DNA of 43,945 nt from Bacteroidales bacterium (GTDB lineage: Bacteria; Bacteroidota; Bacteroidia; Bacteroidales; JBEPYD01). Below the pieces are notes generated by a model that was given only the letters and a program-made list of their open reading frames with translations, was not told where the DNA came from and did no database searches. Position numbers and translations under genes: made by a program. Location of the stretch: contig JBEPYD010000004.1 of assembly GCA_041641575.1 (NCBI GenBank), forward strand, positions 1-43,945. Reading direction: 5' to 3'. This document shows positions 35,561-43,945 of this stretch, piece after piece; within the stretch, counting starts at the first letter, position 1, and every line of letters starts with the position of its first letter.

Positions 35561-36724
35561 ATGGCAGGAAAAAAACTAAAAAAAGTAGATCTGATTTTTA
35601 ACCAGGAATGCCTTACAAAGGAATATCTGAAAAAAACCCTTGACCGGGATGCGGATGAACTCCTGGCAGAACTCATAGATTCCGGCCTCCGGGGAAGAGG
35701 GGGTGCAGGCTTTCCCACTGCCATGAAGTGGAAAATGGCGCGGCTGCAGGATGATGATGAAAAATATGTGATCTGTAATGCAGACGAAGGAGAGCCCGGC
35801 ACTTTTAAAGACCGTGAAATACTGGAAAAAGTAGCCTGTAAAGTATTTGATGGAATGGCTTTATGCGCAAGGGTTATCGGTGCCAGAAAAGGATATGTGT
35901 ATCTTAGGGGGGAGTACAAATTCCTGATGGAACAACTGGAAAAAGACCTCGAAATTTTTCACAAAAACCTCAATGATATCGGTTTTGATTTTCAAGTGGA
36001 AATATTTACTGGTTCAGGTGCTTATATCTGTGGGGAAGAAACAGCCTTGTTTGAGTCTATGGAAGGCAAACGAGGCGAGCCCCGTAACAAACCACCCTAC
36101 CCCACTGAATTGGGGTACCGCAATAAGCCTACCGTAATTAACAATGTGGAAACACTGGTTTCTGCCCTTATGGTTACCCAGATTGGTGCCTCTGAATTTA
36201 AGAAATTAGGAACTGCCGATTCCAGTGGCTCGAAATTATTTTCAGTTTCCGGAGATACACCCCGTCCCGGTATTTATGAGCTGGAGCTGGGCATGAAACT
36301 TTCACAATTTGTGGAAGAATTCGGGGATGGCGACACCAAGGCAGTGCAAGTGGGTGGTGCAGCAGGCTTTTGCGTTCCGCGCAAGCGGTTTGACGAAACC
36401 ATTATTGGTTTTGAAGGCGTACCCACTGGTGGTTCCATGATGATTTTTAACAGCTCCCGCTCCATGTTCAATGTAATTAAAAATTATCTCGATTTTTTCA
36501 GTGAAGAGTCTTGCGGACAATGTACACCCTGCAGGGTGGGCTGTCAGCAGTTATTGCTGGGAATTGATGCAGTGAAAAGAGGGGAGAAAGACCCGGCTTA
36601 TATTGACAGCATGCTGAGGCTGACACAAACCATGAAAATGACTTCTAAATGTGGCCTTGGCCAGTCTGTGGCCAATTCATTCGCCTCCATTGCCCAAAAC
36701 TTTCGCGAAGAAATGATTTATTAA
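35561..36724 (+). CDS. hydB: NuoF-like FMN/NADH-binding [4Fe-4S] subunit (HydB), core-only form
   Basis: 387 aa. GLRGRGGAGFPT, CNADEGEPGTFKDR, GSGAYICGEETAL, ESCGQCTPCRVG ... KCGLGQS (N3-type cluster). It ends 19 aa after the last Cys, with no N-terminal 2Fe-2S or C-terminal 2x[4Fe-4S] domains. Confidence 0.9.
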   Translation: MAGKKLKKVDLIFNQECLTKEYLKKTLDRDADELLAELIDSGLRGRGGAGFPTAMKWKMARLQDDDEKYVICNADEGEPGTFKDREILEKVACKVFDGMALCARVIGARKGYVYLRGEYKFLMEQLEKDLEIFHKNLNDIGFDFQVEIFTGSGAYICGEETALFESMEGKRGEPRNKPPYPTELGYRNKPTVINNVETLVSALMVTQIGASEFKKLGTADSSGSKLFSVSGDTPRPGIYELELGMKLSQFVEEFGDGDTKAVQVGGAAGFCVPRKRFDETIIGFEGVPTGGSMMIFNSSRSMFNVIKNYLDFFSEESCGQCTPCRVGCQQLLLGIDAVKRGEKDPAYIDSMLRLTQTMKMTSKCGLGQSVANSFASIAQNFREEMIY

Positions 36725-36751
36725 AACAAGCAACTGGTAAAAAATACATCT

Positions 36752-38542
36752 ATGGAAAATGTGAAAAGTATTAAAATTGATGGTATCACCATGCAGATAA
36801 AAGAGGGACAAACCATTCTGGATGCGGCACGATCCGTAAATATTCATATTCCTACCTTGTGCCACCATGATGATTTATGCATTGCAGGAAATTGCAGGGT
36901 TTGCGTGGTAGAAGTAAAAGGTAAAAAAGGACTGGTGGCTTCCTGCGCCATGCCTGCAGAAGTGGGTATGGAGATTAACACCAACAGTTTGATGGTGCGT
37001 AATGCACGCAAACAAATCATTGAATTACTTTTATCAGAGCATGATTCACGATGCACCCTGTGTTATAAAAATGGCAAATGTGAGCTGCAATCCCTTGCCG
37101 CAGAATACAAAATCACCGGAGATACTTTCATTGACCTTGTTCCCTTAAAAAATTACCAGGTTGATACACTTTCCCCTTCTGTACTTAAAGATGACAGCAA
37201 GTGCATTCGATGCCAGCGCTGTGTACGTACCTGTAACGAGCTGCAACAGGTAGGTGCCCTCAGCATGGCCTACAAAGGAGCCGAAACAAAAATATCTACA
37301 TTCGTGGAAAGTCCGCTATACGAAGTAGTTTGCACCCAGTGCGGACAATGCATTAACCGCTGCCCAACAGGTGCCCTTACCGAGAAGAACTACCTTGATC
37401 CGGTATGGGAAGCCATTTTTGACCCTTCCAAACATGTTGTGGTGCAAACTGCTCCTGCCGTAAGGGTAGCCCTGGGAGAAGAACTGGGAATAGCACCGGG
37501 GAAAGTGGTTACCGGTAAAATGGTGGCTGCATTAAAGCGGTTAGGTTTTGATTCAGTTATGGATACGGATTTTACTGCTGATCTTACCATTATTGAGGAG
37601 GGAACAGAATTGCTTGGCCGGCTGAAAAAAGTACTGAAAGATAACGATAAGGATGTGAAGCTACCAGTAGCGACTTCCTGCTCCCCCGGATGGGTAAAGT
37701 ATATGGAGCATCTCTATCCTGATTTTATCGATCATATGAGTACATGCAAGTCACCCCAGCAAATGTTTGGTGCGCTGGCCAAAACATATTACGCGCAAAA
37801 GCGGAAAATTAACCCGGAAAAAATAGTCTCCGTATCCATTATGCCCTGCACAGCCAAAAAGTTTGAGGCAGACCGGCCGGAAATGCGTTCAAGTGGTTAT
37901 AAAGATGTGGACTATGTATTGACAACAAGAGAGCTGGCCATTATGATACGCCAGGCAGGCATTGATTTTGAAACCCTGGAAGAGCGCAATTTCGACACCC
38001 TGATGGGCGAATCCAGCGGAGCAGCTGTGATTTTTGGTGCCACAGGGGGTGTGATGGAAGCGGCGCTCCGCACTGTTTATCAGCTTGTAACAGGAAGAGA
38101 TGTGCCTTTTAACCATCTGGATATTTTACCTGTGCGTGGGATGGAGGGAGTTAAAGAAGCTGCCTTAAAAATAGAGGATGTGCTGCCAGAATATGATTAC
38201 CTGGAAGGAGTTACCCTGAAAACAGCCATTGCACACGGGCTGGTAAATGCAAGAAAGCTACTGGAGATGATCAAAAAAGATGGCGCTGCTTATCATTTTA
38301 TTGAAATTATGGCCTGCCCCGGCGGATGTCTGGGTGGTGGCGGACAACCCCTGCCTACCAATAAGGAGATCAGGGATAAACGTGCCCGGGCCATTTATGA
38401 GGAAGATGCGGGAAAACCCATCAGAAAATCACATCAAAACCCGGAAATAAAGCAAATCTATGATGAATTCCTGCTCAAGCCGTTAGGAGAAATGTCGCAT
38501 AAACTTTTACATACCAAATACCGGGAACGAATTAAATTTTAA
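36752..38542 (+). CDS. hydA: [FeFe] hydrogenase catalytic subunit (M3-type: 2Fe-2S, His-ligated 4Fe-4S, 2x4Fe-4S, H-domain)
   Basis: 596 aa. N-terminal C-x11-C-x2-C...C, H-x3-C-x2-C-x5-C, CIRCQRCVRTC and CTQCGQCINRCP. H-cluster motifs P2 MPCTAKKFE and P3 EIMACPGGCLGGGGQP are canonical. P1 reads TSCSPGW, not TSCCPxW. Confidence 0.9.
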   Translation: MENVKSIKIDGITMQIKEGQTILDAARSVNIHIPTLCHHDDLCIAGNCRVCVVEVKGKKGLVASCAMPAEVGMEINTNSLMVRNARKQIIELLLSEHDSRCTLCYKNGKCELQSLAAEYKITGDTFIDLVPLKNYQVDTLSPSVLKDDSKCIRCQRCVRTCNELQQVGALSMAYKGAETKISTFVESPLYEVVCTQCGQCINRCPTGALTEKNYLDPVWEAIFDPSKHVVVQTAPAVRVALGEELGIAPGKVVTGKMVAALKRLGFDSVMDTDFTADLTIIEEGTELLGRLKKVLKDNDKDVKLPVATSCSPGWVKYMEHLYPDFIDHMSTCKSPQQMFGALAKTYYAQKRKINPEKIVSVSIMPCTAKKFEADRPEMRSSGYKDVDYVLTTRELAIMIRQAGIDFETLEERNFDTLMGESSGAAVIFGATGGVMEAALRTVYQLVTGRDVPFNHLDILPVRGMEGVKEAALKIEDVLPEYDYLEGVTLKTAIAHGLVNARKLLEMIKKDGAAYHFIEIMACPGGCLGGGGQPLPTNKEIRDKRARAIYEEDAGKPIRKSHQNPEIKQIYDEFLLKPLGEMSHKLLHTKYRERIKF

Positions 38543-38873
38543 ATTCCGCAGATGGAATTGGGGCGTTTTCCTTTTGGGGTGCTGGTGTAATGCTATGGAC
38601 CTCATTTTTTAAATTAGTATGAATGTTATTGCGTTGTTTCATTTTTAAAGGGGGACGATCCAACAGAAATAAGTACAGTGAACCAAATTTCCATAGCATA
38701 CAGGGGATCAGATTATTATAGGCTATGTCCTACATGCATGAATGCATCATTGAGCCAGGATTTTCATGCAATTGCCCTTAACAAGAGAGTGCGTATAACT
38801 ATTTACTGCCCTTTTGCAGTGCTCAACTTTGGCTAATGCCATTACAGTGATAATATAATTGCTATAATGATTC

Positions 38874-40637
38874 TTATTCATTCATTCGGAATACCTCTAC
38901 ATAATAAGCCCCCCGGCTTTTGCCGTCTGGCTCTTTAAGCCAGGTCATAACCTCTGTATCACCAGGTTCAAGTTCAACCTGGAAACGTACTTCGGAAGCA
39001 CCTTTTACAACCTTTTGAGTTTCATCGAAAATCTCTCCTATGTTTAACCTCGCCTCTGCAGCCGTAAGCGGAAATTCGGCTATATCAGGCCTTTCACGCA
39101 GAATAAAGATATATGTACCTTGTTCAGCTATACGTACCATCCAGGGGCCATTGCTTAACGGGCGCTCCAGTACATGTGTCTGATTCCATGGCAACTCACT
39201 TAGATCATTAATCATCCAATCATGAGAATTCAGCTGTACCGGATTCTGAAATTCTGTGCCTACATAAAGGGGTGTTTTCTCATCGAAGCCGGCACTAATT
39301 TCATTCCACCACAAGTCATATTCACCGCTTAACCTTTCCGCCACCTCTGGATGTTGCTCAATTATGTTATTTTGCTGTCCAGGGTCTTCTATAATGTCAT
39401 AAAGTTCGTTATTATCCACGAGTCGCCAGCGGTCCGTCATAACCGAAGTTTCTTTCCATTTAACCGGATCCAGCACACGTTGATTATGCAGGAATAGGGC
39501 GCGTTTAGGCCAATTATCACTTTTCCCGATAAGTAATGGTACAAGTGATGTTCCATCAAATTCAATACTATCAGGTACAGAGATGCCACTAAGCTCCATT
39601 AGCGTGGGCATCATATCTATATGGGCTGTAATTTGCTCAACATCTCTCCCACCCTGAATACCAGCAGCCGGGTAATGAATAAAACTAAAAACACGGTGTC
39701 CACCTTCATAATGTGAGCCTTTTCCGTCACGCATGCCGGCATTGAAACGTTCTGACCAATTTCCCCTTTTATCTTCGGGCCAATTATGTGGCCCCATGGT
39801 GGTGCCATTGTCCCCCATAAAAATCAGAATAGTATTCTCCATAAGTCCCCAACTTTCAAGACGATCAATCAGAACTCCTAAATTATCGTCAATATTGGTG
39901 ATCATACCCCAGTATATTTTAAGCCTATCGGGTACATCGAGGTTATCATAAAGCATCTTGTACCTCTCCGGAACATGTTGGCGGGTTTGGTGAGCAGCAT
40001 TTGTAGGCAGGTACAGGAAAAATGGCTGATCCTTGCTTTCCTCAATAAACTGCAACGCCTGGTTGAACCAAACATCGGTGCAATACCCCTGAAACCTTCT
40101 CCATTCGCCGTTATCGTTGTAGTGATCATCGAAATAATCGTTGCCCCAATAGTCCGGTGTTTGTCCTACACCACCGGCATAATGTACAATAGCATCGTCA
40201 AACCCACGAAACCTGGCACCGTAGGGATAAGAATCTCCAAGGTGCCATTTACCAAAAATGCCCGTGCGATAACCTGCCTCTTGAAAAACTTCACCGATAG
40301 TTGTTTCATCTTCACGCAATAAATTTCTCCCCATCACTGTATGCCACACCCCCACGCGTCCGGAATAGCGGCCCGTCATCAGTGCTGAACGGGTAGGCGC
40401 ACATGTGGGATCAACATGAAAATTATTTAGCCTTACACTTTTCTCCCGGAGTTTATCCATATTGGGCGTGATCAAATGGGGATGGCCGTGTGCAGCAATC
40501 TGACCATAACCCTGGTCATCCGTCATTATAACAATAACGTTGGGTTTTTCAACTGCGTGCACTCGTTCTATATTAGTTAATCCGGCAAGAAGTCCCACAG
40601 CAATTAGACCATCTTGTAATAATTTTTTCCGCATCAT
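38874..40637 (-). CDS. Arylsulfatase-family sulfatase (Cys-type formylglycine motif), secreted
   Basis: 587 aa. Signal peptide, MTDDQGYG, the FGly motif CAPTRSALMTGR, GKWHLG, GDNG. About 130 aa of extra C-terminal beta-rich domain. Confidence 0.9.
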   Translation of the reverse strand: MMRKKLLQDGLIAVGLLAGLTNIERVHAVEKPNVIVIMTDDQGYGQIAAHGHPHLITPNMDKLREKSVRLNNFHVDPTCAPTRSALMTGRYSGRVGVWHTVMGRNLLREDETTIGEVFQEAGYRTGIFGKWHLGDSYPYGARFRGFDDAIVHYAGGVGQTPDYWGNDYFDDHYNDNGEWRRFQGYCTDVWFNQALQFIEESKDQPFFLYLPTNAAHQTRQHVPERYKMLYDNLDVPDRLKIYWGMITNIDDNLGVLIDRLESWGLMENTILIFMGDNGTTMGPHNWPEDKRGNWSERFNAGMRDGKGSHYEGGHRVFSFIHYPAAGIQGGRDVEQITAHIDMMPTLMELSGISVPDSIEFDGTSLVPLLIGKSDNWPKRALFLHNQRVLDPVKWKETSVMTDRWRLVDNNELYDIIEDPGQQNNIIEQHPEVAERLSGEYDLWWNEISAGFDEKTPLYVGTEFQNPVQLNSHDWMINDLSELPWNQTHVLERPLSNGPWMVRIAEQGTYIFILRERPDIAEFPLTAAEARLNIGEIFDETQKVVKGASEVRFQVELEPGDTEVMTWLKEPDGKSRGAYYVEVFRMNE

Positions 40638-41032
40638 AGGTTTAATTTAAGTTAGTTAAACGGCACAACCATTCAATATATTCATCTCACACAATTATGT
40701 CGCATTTTTATTCTGTACCGTCCATATCTCCGTCATTTTCTAATATTGGAATTTAAAACTATAAAAGTTCATATACTAGACCAAAGACCTGCCACAATTA
40801 ATTCAATAACGAAATAACCTGAACCATCATCTGTAACAGTGGCTTTTTTGGGTGTGCCAAAATACAAATTATCTCGAAATTCTTATATTATTTAACAGTT
40901 GTGTCCGGTATAAATATTTAAACCTGGCAGAAATGTAAGCAAATTAGGTCATGTAAAATATGTGCGTCCTTATTTGATTATCAGAGATTAAGTACGACAC
41001 CAAGGTGGAATAAGTAGTATTGTGCTTAGTTT

Positions 41033-43867
41033 TTATCTCACTTTCAAGTGTTTATTAATCAATCCAAATATTTTTTCTTTATCAATCGGTTTTGAAATAA
41101 AGTCATCATAACCGTGGTTTAGTGCCAAATGTTTATCCGATTTTGTGGAATATGCTGTTTGCGCAATTATCGGCAGGTTTGGAAATTTTTCTTTTATCTT
41201 TTCAATTGCTTCATACCCGTTCATGACTGGCATTTTTATATCCATTAAAACAAGGTCAATATCTTTATTTGATATACAAATTTCAAGTGCTTCTTTCCCG
41301 TTTTTTGCGTGTATGAGGTTATAATTCCTATCCGTTTCAGCTTCAAACAAAACTTCTAAATACAAATAGTTTACTTCTTCATCTTCTGCAATAAGAATGG
41401 TGTATTTATCATTAGCCTTTTCATTGCCTCTAATACTTTCTATTGTATTGCTATTTTTAATTTGCGTGGGTTTATGGGGAATAGACACAATGAAAGTTGA
41501 GCCCATTCCTTTTTCTGATTCCACGGTAATAGCTCCTCCCAACAATTGGGCATTTTCTTTACAAATAGATAAACCTAAACCTAAACCTCCATGCCTTTTA
41601 GAAATTTCCTTATCCTCCTGTGAAAATCGTTCAAAAATCATTTCATGATTTTCTGGTGAAATACCAATACCGGTATCTTTTACGTACAATTTCAAATTTG
41701 CTTTATCAATATAATAACCAAATTCAATAAAGCCCTCACTTGTAAATTTTAAAGCATTCTCAAGTAAATTGCTTAAAATTTTGTTCAATTTAGTTTTATC
41801 TGAAAGTATATGGCTTTGGTCAACATGTAAAGGTTTTTTCAGGTAAAGTGGAATATCTCTTGGCTTTGTCTTTAAATTGAAAATTGAAAAAAGTTCCATT
41901 AACAAATCGTTCAGACAAAATTCTGTTTCATTAATCCTTTCCAGTTTTGTTTCAAGAGTTGATATTTCCAGGATATCATCAATGGTACGCAAAAGTTGAT
42001 GACTGCTATTTTGCACTATTTTTGAATAGTATTTTCTTTTTTCTTCAGATATGTCAGCTTTATCGAGCAATACAGAAAAACCAATAATGCCGTTCATGGG
42101 TGTACGTATCTCATGAGACATATTGTTGAGGAACTCCGTTTTTAAGCGGTTAGCCGCTTCTGCTTTCTCTTTGGCTTTGATAAGCTCATCTTCAGTTTTC
42201 TTAATTTCGGTAATGTCCTGTATTGCCCCATGCATCCTCACTGGATTTCCGTGTTTATCATACACTAATTCACCGGTGCCATGCACCCAGCGTTCTACAC
42301 CATCGTTTATACGAATTATTTTATATTCTTTATTGAATGAGGTTCTGTTCTTTACAACAGATTCATGGTAAGCGACCAGTTCTTCGCGAAAATCAGGGTG
42401 AATGAAGTCAGCCCAACCTGCAATAGTATGGGGATATGTTTCGTCTATCCCAAATATTTTATAGAATTCGGGTGAGCAAACCCAAACGCTTTTTTCTATA
42501 TCCACTTCAAGCAAATTGGTGGAATAAGAACATATATTTGCAACGGATTGAGAGCTGAGAATCATCTCTGTGTATCTATTTTCTCTTTCCTGCACTTTTA
42601 AAAGTTCTGCTTCAGCTTTCTTTCTTTCTGAAATATCATGGTAATTTCCCAAAATTCCATTAATAAAAGGGTCGTGCAACAGATTACTTCCAGTGAAATT
42701 TATCCAAATATAATTTCCATTTTTATGTTTGTATCTGATTTCTATGCTGCCATTTTTATAAGGTTCATTCAAAAGAGAATCTATAAAAATGCGAGCCTCT
42801 TCAATATCATCAGGATGTACATTCTCAAAAGCATTAATACCTATTAATTCTTCAGGCTCCCATCCAAATAGTTTTTCAACGTTAGGACTTTTATACCGGT
42901 TGTTTCCTTCGTGGTCAATGATAACAATAACATCGGCAATATTAGCAACCAGTTTATTTTTCAAAAACTCACTTTCTTCCGCTTTTTCTTTGGCTTTAAA
43001 TAATTCTTTATTAAGAGATTCATACTCGTTATTTTGTTCTTTTAACCTTATTTCAGTTCTTTTTCTTTCTGTTATATCCTGAACTGTTCCAAGCATTCTG
43101 TATGGACTATCATCACTATCATACTCCATTTTGGCATTTCCATCAAGCCATCTTATTTCTCCATTCTGATTTAATATTCTATGTTCAAAACTATAAAAAC
43201 CTTTTTCAATAATCTGTTGGGTTTGCTCAATGTGGAGTTGTCTATCTTCAGGATGTACCATATTATTTACCACATCAAAATTAAGCTGTTTATTTTTATC
43301 ATCAATGTTAAATATTCTATACATCTCATCAGACCAATTTAGTTTGCCTTCTTTTAAAAAGAATTCAAAACTTCCTATTTTTCCGATTTCTTGAGCTTGT
43401 TGTAGCTGTGTGGAAAGTTTTGAAAATTCCAATTGTTCTTTTTTTAATTTTGTTATATCATAATGAATACCTAACATTCTTATGGGCTTTCCTTTGTCAT
43501 CACGAATGGCCATTCCACGGCACCGTATCCAAACGGTTGAACCTTTTCTATGTGTGTATCTGACTATTTGGTCAAAAGGGTGGTTTGGGTTCTCACAATG
43601 TTTTTTAAAATTTTCAGATGTGAGTTTCAAATCTTCCTGATTTATGATCTGTTGCCAGGCCTTTGATTTATGTGGCATTTCTTCCGGAACATAACCTAAT
43701 ACAGTCCAAAATTTCGGGTTCATCCATTCTTCTTCGGGGTGCTCCAAATCCCTATACCATAACCCATCTAATGAGGTTTCCTGAATAAAATCAAAGATAG
43801 TTTCATCCGTTTTGATTAATTCATAGAGTTCTTTCTTCAAGTAGTTATCTTCTTTATTATTACTCAT
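41033..43867 (-). CDS. Cytoplasmic hybrid sensor histidine kinase / response regulator with four PAS-PAC modules
   Basis: 944 aa with no TM segment. Four PAS/PAC units end in ...GIHYDITKLK, ...GTVQDITERK, ...GNYHDISERK, ...GAIQDITEIK, each followed by coiled-coil linkers. H-box SHEIRTPMNGI. N/G boxes (NLLENALKFT, DTGIGI, GGLGLGLS). C-terminal receiver (ILIAEDEE...LVLMDIKMP...AQTAY..K). Confidence 0.9.
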   Translation of the reverse strand: MSNNKEDNYLKKELYELIKTDETIFDFIQETSLDGLWYRDLEHPEEEWMNPKFWTVLGYVPEEMPHKSKAWQQIINQEDLKLTSENFKKHCENPNHPFDQIVRYTHRKGSTVWIRCRGMAIRDDKGKPIRMLGIHYDITKLKKEQLEFSKLSTQLQQAQEIGKIGSFEFFLKEGKLNWSDEMYRIFNIDDKNKQLNFDVVNNMVHPEDRQLHIEQTQQIIEKGFYSFEHRILNQNGEIRWLDGNAKMEYDSDDSPYRMLGTVQDITERKRTEIRLKEQNNEYESLNKELFKAKEKAEESEFLKNKLVANIADVIVIIDHEGNNRYKSPNVEKLFGWEPEELIGINAFENVHPDDIEEARIFIDSLLNEPYKNGSIEIRYKHKNGNYIWINFTGSNLLHDPFINGILGNYHDISERKKAEAELLKVQERENRYTEMILSSQSVANICSYSTNLLEVDIEKSVWVCSPEFYKIFGIDETYPHTIAGWADFIHPDFREELVAYHESVVKNRTSFNKEYKIIRINDGVERWVHGTGELVYDKHGNPVRMHGAIQDITEIKKTEDELIKAKEKAEAANRLKTEFLNNMSHEIRTPMNGIIGFSVLLDKADISEEKRKYYSKIVQNSSHQLLRTIDDILEISTLETKLERINETEFCLNDLLMELFSIFNLKTKPRDIPLYLKKPLHVDQSHILSDKTKLNKILSNLLENALKFTSEGFIEFGYYIDKANLKLYVKDTGIGISPENHEMIFERFSQEDKEISKRHGGLGLGLSICKENAQLLGGAITVESEKGMGSTFIVSIPHKPTQIKNSNTIESIRGNEKANDKYTILIAEDEEVNYLYLEVLFEAETDRNYNLIHAKNGKEALEICISNKDIDLVLMDIKMPVMNGYEAIEKIKEKFPNLPIIAQTAYSTKSDKHLALNHGYDDFISKPIDKEKIFGLINKHLKVR

Positions 43868-43945
43868 AATTCATTTTTTAATGGACTGAGTATTTTGTGT
43901 TTATTGATGTCAACGTTCGTAATAGATGAGTAGCCGATTAAATAT

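Noticed and set aside
1-43945. Window-wide look for CRISPR arrays, IS elements or inverted terminal repeats, integrases, phage genes, multi-gene defence islands, and rRNA, tmRNA, RNase P or SRP RNA signatures
   Set aside because: No regularly spaced direct repeats, no transposase- or integrase-like ORFs and no conserved RNA signature strings were seen. Apart from MntA/HepT the content is housekeeping or metabolic. I therefore do not claim a novel defence or mobile system here.

Overview
This low-GC, gene-dense (about 90% coding) segment looks like core chromosome of a Bacteroidota bacterium, probably an anaerobe or facultative anaerobe. The lineage call rests on three things. TAnnTTTG -7 boxes sit in front of many genes. 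Several genes are lineage-typical: GSIII, DUF3109, a TPR/PD40/OmpA protein and a long PurM-like AIR synthase. There is also an [FeFe]-hydrogenase operon. I can support 37 protein genes, including one (rpmH) that falls below the cutoff of the supplied ORF track. They cover housekeeping functions (tgt, an lptF/G-like permease, dnaB, rsmG, an ECF-type sigma factor, ispE, folA, prfA, pyrF, purM, a DEAD-box helicase), envelope proteins, an acyl-CoA carboxyltransferase/BCCP pair, kynureninase, a sulfatase, and a cytoplasmic 4xPAS hybrid histidine kinase. I found no rRNA, tRNA, CRISPR array, transposase, integrase or phage genes. The only accessory-type module is a two-gene MntA/HepT toxin-antitoxin pair. 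I see no convincing brand-new multi-gene system and say so plainly. The observations most worth follow-up are: (1) three consecutive genes encoding all three structural classes of glutamine synthetase (GSIII, GSII, GSI), with a repeat-rich AT-rich divergent control region between GSII and GSI; (2) a hydC-hydB-hydA operon whose HydA carries TSCSPGW instead of the canonical TSCCPxW H-cluster motif, whose HydB is a bare NuoF core, and which is preceded by a Rex-operator-like 16-bp palindrome; (3) a translationally coupled FAD-oxidoreductase / polyprenyl-phosphate GT2 / DUF3109 set; (4) a small acidic secreted protein with three E-x-W-M repeats. All family assignments come from motif recognition by eye, with no database search, so product names are hypotheses of varying strength.
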